Assembly: GCA_964016885.1 (NCBI GenBank)
Contig: OZ024741.1
Span: 335,854,001-335,918,000 of the forward strand
Origin: Eledone cirrhosa
Lineage: Eukaryota
Length of the DNA: 64,000 nt
Direction: 5' to 3'
Part shown: piece after piece, positions 43,684-56,757 of the stretch
Layout: each line of letters begins with the position of its first letter
How positions within the stretch are numbered: position 1 is the first letter of the stretch
Program-made: the position numbers and the translations under genes
Notes under the pieces: generated by a model
The model's input: only the letters and a program-made list of their open reading frames with translations
What the model was told of the DNA's origin: nothing
Database searches by the model: none

Positions 43684-44130
43684 TTGGTTTCTGATTTAGG
43701 CACAAGACCAACAATTTTGGAGGAGGGGAAGTCGATTATATCGACCCCAGTGCATGACTGGTACTTTATTTTATCAACCCCATAAGGATGAAAGGCAAAG
43801 CCAACCTCAGCTCATTTGAACTCAAAATGTAAAGGGCTGTAACTCCATGCCACGAAGCAGGGTGACCAATGCTCTACCAATACTGCCAATCTACCATCCT
43901 AATAATAATGGTTTCTTATATAGGCACAAGGCCAGTAATTTGGGGGGAGGGGAAAGTCAATTAAATCGACCCCAGTGCGTGACTGGTACTTTATTTTTTC
44001 GACCCCATAAGGATGAAAGGCAAAGTTGACCTCGGCGGAATTTGAACTCAGATCATAAAGAGCCATAACTCTATGCTGCAAAGCATGGTGTCCGACCCTC
44101 TACCGATACTGCCAATTTACCATCCTAATA
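43684..44130 (-). mobile_element. tandem SINE family A copies
   Basis: Reverse complement of the family A consensus, two full copies. Confidence 0.9.
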
Positions 44131-44821
44131 ATAATAATAACAATAACCCAGCCCTGACTGGCAGAGTTGTTAGAGTGTAGATCAAAATATTTTGGTGTAT
44201 TTGTTTCAGTTCTTTGCCTTCTGAGTTCAAATTCCTCCAAAATACAATAACCAAGGACAGTGAATTGGCAATACTATAAGAGTGCTTTCACTGAAGGTTT
44301 TAGACGTCCATGCAGTTTTGAGCACACACAGACACTGTGTTTTGATCTTGTAGAACAACGATGTGACAGCTGGTATGAGAGAGGGCTGCACCGACATTGG
44401 GCTGGTATTTTCTTTTATCGATCCTGAAAGGATGAAAAACAAAATGCCCCTTAGCAGTATTTGAACTTAGAATTCAGAGACATGGAACAAATGTCTACAG
44501 CTCTCACGACTCTGCCTAATCGACTGCCTTAAGCAGGCAATAAAGGTTAATATAAATGTTTGTAAATGTGTTAATAGCTTCCCAAATGTCAGAAATATCA
44601 AGACTTTGATTAATTCACTGTTTCTTGCAGAAAAATGGTATGGTTTACCCTGCCGAACTACAATACAGAATAAATGTATTAGAAATGATAGAGAGGGAGA
44701 TAGAAAAATGGTATAGTTTACCATGCTGAATATAACAAATGTATTAGAAAGGAAAGAGAGGGAGATAGAGAGAAAAGTGAACACCAATGACAATAATAAT
44801 AACAATAATAATAATAATAAT

Positions 44822-45486
44822 AATTGTTTCTACACTTGGTAGAAGGCCTGCAATTTGAAGGGAAGGGAAAAGTTGATTAAATCGATGCCAGAGTGTTACT
44901 GGTGCTTTATTTTATTGACATTGTAAGGCAAAGCTAACCTCAGCAGGATTTGAACTCAGAACATGAAGGGCCATATATAACTCTATGGCGTAAATCATGT
45001 TGTCTGACACTCTACCAATACTGCCAAAATAAAATGATGATGGTGGTAATTTTATGAATAATACTGATCTGCAAAGAGGAGATAAAGGATCATGATAACA
45101 CCAATGATAGTAATAATTGTTTCTACTATTGGCACAAGGCCAGCAATTACCCAGTACATTACTGGTACTTTATTTTATCGACCCCGTAAGGATGAAAGGC
45201 AAAGTTAACCTCGGCCCGATTGAGGCACAAGGCCAGTGTCTAAATATTGGTTTCTCCTCAACCCAAACGAATAAATCTTTTGCCTTTTACCAATAATAGT
45301 AATAATTGTTTCTACTTTTGGCACAAGGCCAGCAATTATCCAGTGCATTACTGGTACTTTATTTTATCGAACCCGCAAGGATGAAAGGCAAAGTTGACCT
45401 CGGTGGGATTTGAACACAGAATGGCAAGGGACGTAACTCTATACGGCAAAGCATGGCGTCCGACCTTCTACCAATCCACCGCCAAT
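44822..45486 (-). mobile_element. SINE family A cluster
   Basis: Three full or partial copies. Confidence 0.9.
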
Positions 45487-45654
45487 AATAGTAATAATAA
45501 TAATAGCTTTATTTTCTCATGTCTGTGCCTGTATATCAGAGAAAAGAAAGAGAGAAGGAAGGAAGAAGAAAGAGAGAAAAAGATGTAGAAAGAGAAAAAG
45601 GCAAAGATGTCTGTGTATATTTTATTTATATACACAGACACATATTCATCATTC

Positions 45655-45978
45655 ATCATTTCATCATTTCATTTTACGTCCACTTTTTCCATGCTTGCAA
45701 GGGTGGGACGGGAACTGATTCTGGCTTGATTTCTACAGCTGGATGCCCTTCCTAACACCAACCTCATTTGCAGTGAGTGGTGGGTGGTTTTTTTGCCGTG
45801 GCACCTCCACGACTACTTCACAGTGGAATGATAGGGACCACAGTCCCTATTATCTCATTTCTACAGTTGAGTAAACTCAAGGAAACAACACATCACCCAG
45901 TCTGAGAACTGAGAATTGAACTCACAACCTTTCGATTGCAAGGCCAATGCTCTAACGACTAACCCATGTACCTCCATG
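45655..45978 (-). mobile_element. SINE family B
   Basis: Reverse complement of 28271-28610 with an internal deletion. Confidence 0.9.
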
Positions 45979-45999
45979 TGTTATATATATATATATATA

Positions 46000-48647
46000 T
46001 CATCATCATCATCATCATCATCAGGTTTAGCGTCCGTGTTCCACGCTTGCATGGGTTTGGACGGGGGTTTTCCCACTTGAGGCAAGAGTGGTTGTCTTGC
46101 TCGCATAGGACTGTCTGGCGGGTTTTCTACAGTTGGATGCCCTTCCTAACACCAACCACATTTACAGTGTGGGGCTGGGAGGTTTTTACCGTGTTGCCTA
46201 CACGGCCACATTACAGCGTGGACTGTCTGGCGGGTTTTCTACAGCTGGATGCCCTTCCTAACACCAACCACATTTACAGTGTGGGACTGGGAGGTTTTTA
46301 CCGTGTTGCCTACACGGCCACATTTACAGCGTGGACTGTGTGTTTTTTTGTCGTGACACCTACACGATCTCATTTGTTTCGGCCTGGATGTTGTGGGACC
46401 AACATAACTTTACATTGAAAGGGGCGGTGTGGATGGGGTAGAGGTGGTGGGACGGGGGGGTGTTTTGATAGAGATGCCTACTGACTGTAGTAGGTTTTTA
46501 CTTTGTATTTAGGTAAGGCGGGTCTTCTCTATTACTGAGTACCGCCAAAGGTCTCGGTCCAGTGACATTGTCTTGGAGAGGTGTAAGCGTGTGAGGTCGG
46601 AATTTATCAGCTCGTCCCATGTTTTTCTGGGTCTGCCTACTCCGTGGCTACCGTCTATCTTTATTGCCCTGCACTTTGTTATACAGCTGTCGTCTTTCAT
46701 GCGCATCACGTGACCGTACCAACGTAGCCTTCTCTCGAGTAAACAACATCTGATCCCTCTTATTTCTAATTTTTTCCTTAGTTCGTTTATGCTTTGCCGT
46801 TCACGTATATTACTATTGCACATCCAGCGGAGCATGCAAGCTTCGTTCCTCTCTAGTCTGCGTATATCCTCTGCACACAATGCCTAGGTCTCACTGCCAT
46901 GCAGCATTGCTGTTCGTATGCAGGCATCGTATAACCTGCCTTTCATTTTTAGGGAGAACCCTCTAGCGGCTAATAGTGGTATAAGCTCTCTGAACTTTTT
47001 CCATCCAGTTCTGACTCTAGCTACTGTACTTTCAGAGCACCCTCCCCCACTGCTGATTTTGTCACCCAGGTAACGGAAGCTGTCCACTATTTCTATAGAA
47101 CCCTCTGCGCAGTTGAAGGAGCTAGTATTTTGTGGGCACTTGCTGCTACTTATTGCACCAGAGCACCGGCCACATGTAAAATCTATGTTCTTAGTTAGCT
47201 TACCTGTGATCCCACTACATCTTTTATGCACCCATACTTTGCATTTGGGACATAAAATGGAGTTTCTACCTACGCCTTTCCTACACACTGAGCATGGCCA
47301 TTTCCCAGATGGGACTGCCGCCTTATTTTCTTTCCTACAAACTAGAACTTTAGTCTTAGCCAGGTTAATTTTAAGGCCTTTTGATTCTAGGCCGTGCTTC
47401 CATGTTTGGAATTTCTTCTCTAGTTCGGTCATTGATTCAGCTATGAGCGTTAGATCATCTGCGTATAGGAGTTCCCATGGGCAGCCGGTCTTGAACTCCT
47501 CTGTTATAGCCTGAAGGGCAATAATAAATAGTAGGGGGCTAAGAACAGAGCCCTGATGGACACCAACTTTTACGCTAAACTCTTCACTATATTCGTTGTT
47601 AATTCTAACCTTACTGACTGTTTCTTTATACATGGCTTGTATAGCTCTCACAAGCCATTCGTCAACACCTAGTTTTCTAAGAGACCACCAGATAATGGAA
47701 CGGGGGACTCTGTCGAAGGCTTTCTCCAAGTCGACGAAAGCTAAGTATAGGGGTTTACTTTTAGCTAGGTACTTCTCCTGTAGTTGTCGTACAATGAAAA
47801 GAGCGTCTGTGGTACTTTTGCCTGACACAAATCCGAACTGCATTTCATCTAGATCAATTCTCTCTCTGATTAGTTGCGCTATTACTTTTTCCGTGACCTT
47901 CATGACCTGGTCGATTAATTTAATGCCTCTATAGTTACTCCTATCTAGGGCATCTCCTTTTCCCTTATAGCAGTTAACGATGATGCTGCTACGCCAGTCC
48001 TTTGGAACAACCCCATTCTGTACGACTTGATTAACTATCCGGGTGACCATGGTGTGTCGCACCGAACCAGGTGCCTTCAGCATCTCAGCAACTATTTCCG
48101 AAGGACCAGCCGCCTTACCCGTCTTCATATCTTTGATTGCCTTGCTTATTGTACTACCCTGGACTAACACTGCTGGTCCCTCTATTGGGTCGATGTGGGG
48201 GAGACTGTCTTTCTCCCATTTGTTCTCCTCATTTAGAAGCCTTTCGTAGTGACACTTCCAAGCTACCTTCTTATCAGCGTCGGTGATGGCAAGTATGCCA
48301 TCATCGTTAAGTACACACTTCTCCCCGACAATATCACGGTTTTCCTTGACACATTGCCTGGCAATCCTGAACACCTCACGTTTTTGGTCCTCACGTTGTA
48401 GAACATGCTTGAACTTTCTTTCCTCTGCTTCCATTCTTGCGAAGTACACTTGTCTCCTAGCTTCCCTCCTGGCCACTTGATAGTCTTCTCTACTTCCCCC
48501 ATCCCGCCATGCTTTCCAAGCCTGCTTTTTGGCCTTAATTGACTCCTCCACCTTACTGTTCCACCACCATGTTACTCTCCTCCTACCTACAGGCCTGCTC
48601 CAGCCACAGACTTCGTCTGCCGCCGTCAGCAGGTTTGCTCTCAGGAA
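46000..48647 (-). mobile_element. 5'-truncated RTE-clade LINE: RT domain, Cys-rich insert, 3'UTR, (GAT)n tail
   Basis: NYRGIKL, QFGF, FVDLEKAFDRVP, GVHQGSVLSP, LYADD motifs; the frame stays open upstream of the ORF call through TWWWN to ~48646; one in-frame TAG at 46884 (HGSET*ALCAED); APE domain absent; flanked by (TA)n. Confidence 0.96.
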
Positions 48648-48691
48648 TATATATAAATATATATAAGATATATATAAATATATATAAATAT

Positions 48692-48985
48692 ATATATGAT
48701 ATTAACAAATGGAAACTATATTTATAAAACCATATTTATTCCATTATACATATTTCAAGGACACCAAGTTAAATTATGGTGTGCTTTCATCAGACAAAAT
48801 ATAATATAGATCAGTTTTATAATATAGATCAGTTTTATAATATGTATAATGAAATAAATATGGTTTTATAAATATAGTTTCCATTTGTTAATATCGTATG
48901 TTTACTCCAAATATTTGTTGAGTGCTTTATATCAGTTATAAAAATATTTGCTTGTTGTATCCCAACAATTTAAATAGAACTTTTA
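48692..48985. mobile_element. fold-back PLE pseudo-LTR fragment with a hammerhead core on the minus strand (48747-48797)
   Basis: Arms 48692-48753 and 48839-48900 are inverted; minus strand reads CTGATGA-AAGcACACCA...TGGTGTcCTT-GAAATATGTA. Confidence 0.65.
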
Positions 48986-49005
48986 TATATATATATTTAT
49001 ATATA

Positions 49006-49155
49006 TAGAAGTGGTTACACAACAGTTAGTTCACCATAACGAGAACAATTGTTTCGCCTTCGCAGATCTTCAGCTCGGGATCCTGAGCTGAAGATCCGCG
49101 AAGGTGAAACAATTGTTCTCGGTATGGTGAACTAACTGTTGTGTAACCACTTCTA
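49006..49155. ncRNA. 150-bp palindrome with one minimal hammerhead motif on each strand
   Basis: Axis at 49080/49081, 4 mismatches in 75 bp; + strand CTGAG-CTGAAGA-tccgcgaaggt-GAA-ACAATTGT-T-CTCGG (49083-49122). Confidence 0.75.
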
Positions 49156-49216
49156 CCTAACTCGTCCCTTGGACTGAGTGCTCTACCACTACGGATATTA
49201 CCCTCCAGTGTTCCAC

Positions 49217-49350
<134 letters not shown>

Positions 49351-49371
49351 AATATATATATATATATATAT

Positions 49372-49852
49372 GTATAGACTAGAAGTCGATGGAAACCGTG
49401 GAGTGGGGAGACCCAAGATGACCTGGGATGAGGTGATAAAAGCCGACCTTACCCAATTACACCTCTCAAAGGCGATGACACACGACCGTGATCTCTGGCG
49501 TCACGCAGTAATACAGAGTACCTGACCTCCCATGGGTACAAGCTGAAGCATATAGACAATATGCCCCCACACCCTCCCACTGCAAGGTGGTCGTGTAGGT
49601 GCCACGGCAAAACAGCACCCAGCCCACACTGTAAAGTGGACGTGTAGGTGCCACGAAAAAGCACCCAGCACTCACTGTAAATGAAGTTGGTGTTAGGAAG
49701 GGCATCCAGCTGTAGAAATCAAGCCAGAATCAGTTCCTGTATGAGAAAGGCATGGTCGGCCGACCAGACACTGCCCACAACAGGACAACCCGTCTAACCC
49801 ATGCTAGCATGGAAGAACGGATGTAAAACGGTGATGATGATGATGATGATGA
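49372..49852 (+). mobile_element. 5'-truncated RTE copy (ORF C-terminus, 3'UTR, (GAT)n tail)
   Basis: [32 protein letters not shown]...DRDLWR is homologous to the end of ORF 46509..46880. Confidence 0.9.
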
Positions 49853-49865
49853 TATATATATATAC

Positions 49866-49932
<67 letters not shown>

Positions 49933-49933
49933 C

Positions 49934-49965
<32 letters not shown>

Positions 49966-49984
49966 GTATATATATGTATATATC

Positions 49985-50056
<72 letters not shown>

Positions 50057-50075
50057 TATATACATATATATATAC

Positions 50076-50126
<51 letters not shown>

Positions 50127-50140
50127 ATAAAATAAAATAA

Positions 50141-51219
50141 CAGGAGGCTGGACTGGTGTAAATCCTTGAAAGGTTTATTATACTATGATCATTTCAATGA
50201 CCGGGTTCCATATGAATCCGGTGATATCATCAGCTATTGGAATATAACAAAGGAATATGTAAAAAACCATGGGTCTGAAAAATCAGAGACAGAGACAAAT
50301 AGGACGACTGACCAACTAGCTGCCTTTACCCCGCCCAGTCGCCCTCAAAATGGTGGCAACTGAATCTACTAATGATCATCTGGTGATGGCTTATAATGCA
50401 CTACCACCTCTCCGTCAAAGAAAAAGGGAAGAAAGAAAGAAAGGAAGAAAGAAGAAAAAAGAAAAAATGAAGAAAGAAAGAATTCAGCGTAAGGGTCACA
50501 CTACATTCATGCTAGAAAATGCAGCGAAAAAAATTCTACTCTAAAGAATCTATAATGGGTGTCTGTATGGTCTAATGTGTGAACCGAAGATTGGAACGTA
50601 AAACTTATGTTGCGAGTTATAGAATAAAATTAAATTAAATTAAAAATATTAAATTGCAAAATGATAAATTGAAAAATAAATTATTAGAAAATTAAAGGTT
50701 AAGGTAGTGAGATTTATTTAATGAACTTATGAAAAAATTTATCTCGATAAGATATTAGGATGGGATATAGAGTAAAGATTTCGATTGCGAGTCCCAGCCA
50801 GCACCCCCTACCAAGAGTCAGCCAGTCTCGAGTGGTATCGTCCAGCAAAAGAAATGAAAATTAATTTTTCCGAGTACTCTAGGAACGTAGCTACCTTAGG
50901 CCCTGGGAGCGCTAGCAGGAACTCCACAATTTCGACAGGCCATTGTCTATACCAAACGAATACTATTAAATCACACATGAGGGGTTTATTTACGTGCCAG
51001 TAGAGGCATGATACAGCTAATAGTTATGCCTAAACCTGGAGTTTATAGGTATAAGTATATTATGGTGGCCAAAAGGCAGCGCGGTGGGACCGGGGCAAAG
51101 GAAGCCGCTCCGAGTAATTTTGTTTACCGAAAGAGGAGAAATTTATTTTTCCGAGCACTCAAGGAAGGCTGAATGATCGGAATGACCAATTCTATCCAGT
51201 GGTGAACCAACAAACCTAA

Positions 51220-51220
<1 letters not shown>
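50141..51220 (-). mobile_element. probable PLE-derived insertion with a hammerhead motif at 50181-50240
   Basis: Minus strand CTGATGA-tatcACCGG...CCGGTcatt-GAA-ATGATCAT-A with palindromic stem III; block bounded by (TA)n; no ORF recognised. Confidence 0.55.
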
Positions 51221-51257
<37 letters not shown>

Positions 51258-51416
51258 CTAAATAGTTTACTCTTTAACAAAAACATTCATATTTACTGAA
51301 CTGCACACCTACACATACACACACACCTACACATGCATATACACACCTACACATACATATACACATCTACACATTCAGATACACACCTACACACATACGC
51401 CTACTCATTCAAACCT

Positions 51417-51460
<44 letters not shown>

Positions 51461-51551
51461 CGAAGGAAATGTGGTAAGGAACCAGGTGGACCATAACGCA
51501 CCAAAGTACTAAATACTTAGGGTAGTAGAGTGGGTAATAGGAATGAGTAGG

Positions 51552-51647
51552 ACCCCGACGGCTGAGCTCAAACCGTTTCGATGGCTAATTCTAGACTAAA
51601 TGAAAATTTTTATCCTCGTATATGAATAGCCGAGCTTCTCAGGGGGT
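51552..51647 (-). ncRNA. hammerhead fold in the inverted pseudo-LTR
   Basis: Stem I ACCCC/GGGGT, core CTGAGAA..GAAA, stem III ACGGTT/AGCCGT, GUC site. Confidence 0.7.
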
Positions 51648-52105
51648 AATTCCATATATGGTAAAAGTGATTGTCACAAGGATTGGTCAAAAGTTTGTTG
51701 TTGAGACACATAATTCTATCATGGCAATTTGTGGAAGGAAGGGGTAGCTGAACCTACCAGTAGAAGAAAGAGGGAGAGGGAGTGGAGGAAACCCAGTTGT
51801 GCGTTGATATTGCCAACTACAGCAGGATCCTAAGGGCAGGAGGTCAAGCAAGTATACTAGGGAGGGGGAGGGGGAGGAAGTCGAAACAATAAATAAATCA
51901 ATATGGAGTAAATATATAGAAGAATACCAAGAATGTTAAAAATATAAAAAAACAATTTCTGGTTACTATTCCCTAACCACAATCATCAAGTCTCTCACTG
52001 GTACTGCTAAACTATAGAAAAGTTTACTAGGTGGGACGGAATTGTAGTGAGACAATTTTATGAGTTAGTAGTAATCAACCGAGTATATCTTACAGTGACA
52101 GGTCA

Positions 52106-52417
52106 AAGACCCGGCTATACCAACACAGACATACTTTCTGAAACCCGGCCCGGTGTCACGCCACCACACTTTCGGGCCACATCTGGGACCTCAAAGATAA
52201 CAATATAACCTATGATCTCACTTGGAGCTTACTGTCCAGAGCCAACTCTTACACGGGAGGACGCCGTCCGTGCAATTTATGCTCAGAGGAAACTTTACAA
52301 ATGCTGTTTTCGACGAACCAACTCCTAAACAAGAAAGACGAACTGGTAACTGCATGCAAACACAGATTGCGAAGGACTTACCTCGCCCTCAAACCCCATA
52401 ATGACCCGGGGGGGTAG
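52106..52417 (+). pseudogene. C-terminal part of a PLE GIY-YIG endonuclease
   Basis: Manual translation: KTRLYQHRHTF*NPARCHATTLSGHIWDLKDNNITYDLTWSLLSRANSYTGGRRPCNLCSEETLQMLFSTNQLLNKKDELVTACKHRLRRTYLALKPHNDPGG*. Confidence 0.85.
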
Positions 52418-53585
52418 ACAAGGGCTGTAACAGCTCACTTGCCGACTTTGTAATGGGTAACCCCTGCTTGCAAAGGTAGACGTAAGATTTTCTTTTATAT
52501 CTTTTTAGCGTTTCCTCTATATTTCCTTCTTCCCCCCATCCCTTCCTAGTCCTTCCACCCCAGTCCTCCTTCTTTGTCGTCATCCTTTTCACTTTCTCGC
52601 CCACCCCGAAGGCAGCCCCTCGATCCTTTGTAGCCTCAGTACCCCCACCCCCATCCCCTATTCTATGATAGAATTGGCCGACTCCGCTTTTTATAGCAGA
52701 TGTGATAGACCCCAGATACTTGCTTTCTTATCTGATGGCTGCCCCATTTCCGTGCTTTCTACATTTCTTAGTGGTATCTCTGCTTTAGTTTCTTGTATAT
52801 CAGTATTTATTTTTTGGGGTGGGTGGGGGGTGGGGTGGGATTCTGAATTAAATTTTCAAATATATTGTACCGTATCAAATTTTTCATATATATCGTACGA
52901 GCATTTATGTAGTTTGCACTAGAATTTTTGTATCGTAGCGGCACCCTTAGAGATAGTATTAGTATTCATTTTCGGGAATCTAAGTTATTATTTCGTATTA
53001 GTTTATGTTTTGCACTGGGTAATTGCTGGCCTTGTGCCTAAAGTAGAAACAATTATTTTGTATTAGTTTCGGGACTCTGAATTATTATTTTGTGGTAGTT
53101 TCTTTAGTATTTTGGCCCCCTACTTGTTGACCTGTCACTGTAAGATATACTCGGTTGATTACTACTAACTCATAAAATTGTCTCACTACAATTCCGTCCC
53201 ATCTAGTAAACTTTTCTATAGTTTAGCAGTACCAGTGAGAGACTTGATGATTGTGGTTAGGGAATAGTAACCAGAAATTGTTTTTTTATATTTTTAACAT
53301 TCTTGGTATTCTTCTATATATTTACTCCATATTGATTTACTTATTGTTTCGACTTCCTCCCCCTCCCCCTCCCTAGTATACTTGCTTGACCTCCTGCCCT
53401 TAGGATCCTGCTGTAGTTGGCAATATCAACGCACGACTGGGTTTCCTCCATTTCCTCTCCCTCTTTCTTCTACTGGCAGGTTCAGCTACCCCTTCCTTCC
53501 ACAAATTGCCATGATAGAATTATGTGTCTCAACAACAAACTTTTGACCAATCCTTGTGACAATCACTTTTACTATATATGGAATT

Positions 53586-53681
53586 ACTCCCTGAGAAGCT
53601 CGGCTATTCATATACCAGGATAAAAATTTTCATTTAGTCCAGAATTAGCCGTCGAAATGGCTTGAGCTCAGCCGTCGGGGT
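53586..53681 (+). ncRNA. hammerhead fold in the 3' pseudo-LTR
   Basis: Stem I ACTCC/GGGGT, core CTGAGAA..GAAA, stem II CGGCTA/TAGCCG, stem III ATGGCT/AGCCGT, GUC at 53674-53676. Confidence 0.7.
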
Positions 53682-53693
53682 CCTACTCGTTCC

Positions 53694-53724
<31 letters not shown>

Positions 53725-53823
53725 GAAAGAAATCAGGACCCCGACGGCTGAGCTCCGGCCATTATGACAGCTAGATCCGAATGTGCATTATGGTTCACCT
53801 GGTATCTCACCACACCCTCTTTG

Positions 53824-53876
<53 letters not shown>

Positions 53877-53913
53877 AATACACACATACACACACACACA
53901 CACACATATATAT

Positions 53914-54180
53914 AGTTAGTTCCACAACAAACTAGCAAACCATACTCAAGGGTATGCATTTCACTGAACAGATTTCCAACCTGCATATCTCTTTTCAATC
54001 CATCTGGGGAAATTCGCGTCCTTTAGTATGGTTTGCTAATTTGTTGTGGAACTAACTCTATACCAAACTCAGTTGAACTGAGTTCTCTATGGATATAGCC
54101 TCCCATTGTTTTACCATTATGTATATCTTACTGGTAATAAGGTGGTAATAAATTACTGACCTTTCCTGTTTATAGTTATT
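53914..54180. mobile_element. fold-back element related to the 49006 palindrome family
   Basis: Inverted arms 53914-53951 and 54020-54057; tatggtttgctaatttgttgtggaactaactcta resembles tatggtgaactaactgttgtgtaaccacttcta. Confidence 0.55.
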
Positions 54181-54232
54181 TATAGTATAGTATATACATA
54201 ACTATAAATAGTATCATTATTATTATATATTT

Positions 54233-55030
54233 TGGCGGTGGATTGGCAGTATCGGTAGAGGGTCGGATGTCATGCTTTGCAGCATAGAGTTGCCGCCCTT
54301 TATGATCTGAGTTCAAATCCCGCCGAGGTTAACTTTGCCTTTCATCCTTACGGGGGTCGATAAAATAAAGTACCAGTAATACACTGGGATAATTGCTGGC
54401 CTTGTGCCAAAAGTAGAAACAATTATTATTATTATATATATGTATACACACACACACGCACACACACTCACATATACATATATATATATATATACATAGT
54501 AAGAGAGAGAGAGATAGAGAGAGAGTGAGAGATGATGAAATAACAGGGTTAATATTTAACATTTTTCACATTGAAATACATAGGATTGGTTTCTAAACAA
54601 TAATTTCTAAGAAATCTACAAAAAGATGGTAATGTCTATTTTTGGTTTAGCTTTGTCAACAATCCACATCTGTGTTTATTCTAAATATGGCAGTTCTTAA
54701 GAAAAGCACCTGCACTAGCCTATAATTTGTATCATTCTTTCATCCTTACGGGGTCGATAAAATAAAGTACCAGTAATGCACTGAGGTCGATTTAATCATC
54801 TTCCCCTCCCCTTCAAATTGCTGGCCTTGTGTCTGTAGTAGAAATCGTTATTATTATTATGCTTTGCAGCAAACAGTTACGGTCCTTTATGTTCTCAGTT
54901 CAAATCACGTTGAGGTTAACTTTGCCTTTCATCCTTACGGTCGATAAAATAAAGTACCAGTAATACACTGGTATGTGCTGGCCTTGTGCCAAAAGTAGAA
55001 ACAGTTATTATTATTATTATTATTATTATT
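54233..55030 (+). mobile_element. SINE family A copies (54233-54433, 54735-55030)
   Basis: Match to the family A consensus. Confidence 0.9.
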
Positions 55031-55557
55031 ATCACTACTACTACTACTGCTTTTCCAAGCTTACGGTATTTAGTTCTTACTGAACTAGAAATATAGATAT
55101 AAAAGTATAGAGGAAAATTTGCATTTATTAACACCAAGAAACTTAGATAATTCAATTTCATGTTAGTGTGTAATAGGTAAAGAAAAAGAGAAATAAGTAA
55201 AACAGAATTCTGTAAATAATCTCATTTTATCAAGTTATATAGTATTCATGTGTTGAGAATTAAACCAAATATACAAATGATAGATTCCACTCTTTTACCT
55301 CCCGATAAATTATTTCTATATTTTCACATAAAAGATCATGATAATATCTAAATTATTAACACATTTCATTCTAAAGGTATCACTTATTGCTATTTCTATG
55401 TGTATCAAAACCAAATCTATATATTCATTCATTGGCTGGCTGCTGAAATATCAAGATTATATAGAATGTAGAATTCTTGAGAGAGTCTGATTAACGACTG
55501 GTACAACAGAAAAGTGTTTTTGTTGCTTTTATTAGTTCAAATATGATCATCATCATT

Positions 55558-55604
<47 letters not shown>

Positions 55605-55873
55605 TATTATTAAACTATTATTATTATTTGAAACTTCCTTTGAATTCTGCTTCTTTCCCATATCTTACCATGTGTCAACCTGACACCTTAGGCTGAGGGT
55701 ACCTGAATCAACGCTGGTCGGTTATCCCCCCCTATTGGGGAACTTTTCTTGTTGTATTTTTCTTGTTATTTTCTTGTTATTGTTTTCCTATTTTTTTACT
55801 CGATTTTTGTGTAAAACCCCCCACAGTCCCCTCTATGTCGGCGCTTGTGGCCAATAAATGAAATGAAACCATT

Positions 55874-56180
55874 ATGAGTTCAAATCCCGCCGAGGTTAAC
55901 TTTGCCTTTCATCCTTATGGGGTCGATAAAATAAAGTACCAGTAATGCACTGGGTAATTGCTGGCTTTGTGCCTAAAGTAGAAACAATTATTATTGGCAG
56001 TATCAGTAGAGAGTCGGGTGCCATGCTTTGACGCATAGAGTTATGGCCCTTGCCATTCTGAGTTCAAATCCCACCGAGGTTAACTTTGCCTTTCATCCTT
56101 ACGGGGTCGATAAAATAAAGTACCAGTAATGTACTGGGTAATTGCTGGCCTTGTGCCAAAAGTAGAAACAATTATTACTA
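55874..56180 (+). mobile_element. tandem SINE family A copies
   Basis: Match to the family A consensus. Confidence 0.9.
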
Positions 56181-56189
56181 TTATTAACA

Positions 56190-56745
56190 CTAGCAGGTGT
56201 TAATAGTTATCTAACCATTAACTGAGTCCATTGTTGAAATCGCCTCACTGCCTTTCCTTATCCAGGAAGGGCAGGCTGTTTTTGTCTGTCTGGTGGCCAT
56301 GGTGAGAGAGATTGTATGGTGGGCATGTCTGAAAGGGCTAAAGATTGGCACTTTCCTCTTCGGCGACCCCCTGAGTAACTTCTTCAGGTTCACTTGAAGA
56401 AGAAATTCAGGGTAGAGAAGGATGTACTGCCTTCAAAGCAATTTGTTGAAAGGTAGGTGAAAGAGGAGAGAATGGGCCTGTTCTGCACGTGTGCCTGTAT
56501 ATTGATGGAGGACACCTGGGAGAGGGCACTTGCACTGGCGGTCAGGGTGACTATGGCTTTTGTGGGCTTTCTCCACAAGTAAACATTGGAAGTCTCTATT
56601 AGGGAATTTTCTTTTGCTTCTATTTTTTTGTTACATACTTTGTTTTTGTTTTATACTCATTTTTACATGCAGAAACCTACATTATACCATCCTGTGCTGT
56701 CCTTGATGTATTTTTTTGTAAACTCTTTGTAGTCAATAAAGAAAA
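56190..56745 (+). mobile_element. L1/Tx1-like 3' remnant
   Basis: + strand reads QEGQAVFVCLVAMVREIVWW...HLKKKFRVEKDVLPSKQFVER*; T-rich 3'UTR ending AATAAA; a similar UTR piece at 55630-55865. Confidence 0.55.
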
Positions 56746-56757
56746 CATTATTATCAT

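Larger units (their letters stand above)
51460..53696 (+). mobile_element. Penelope-like element: inverted pseudo-LTR, truncated GIY-YIG ORF, 3'UTR, pseudo-LTR
   Basis: 51538-52106 is the reverse complement of 53127-53696; both carry a hammerhead fold; coding remnant between them; (TA)n flanks. Confidence 0.88.

Noticed and set aside
53950-54012. Hammerhead in the 53914 fold-back
   Set aside because: Only GAAATGCATA fits; the first box reads CAGATGG and stem I does not pair, so it was not counted.
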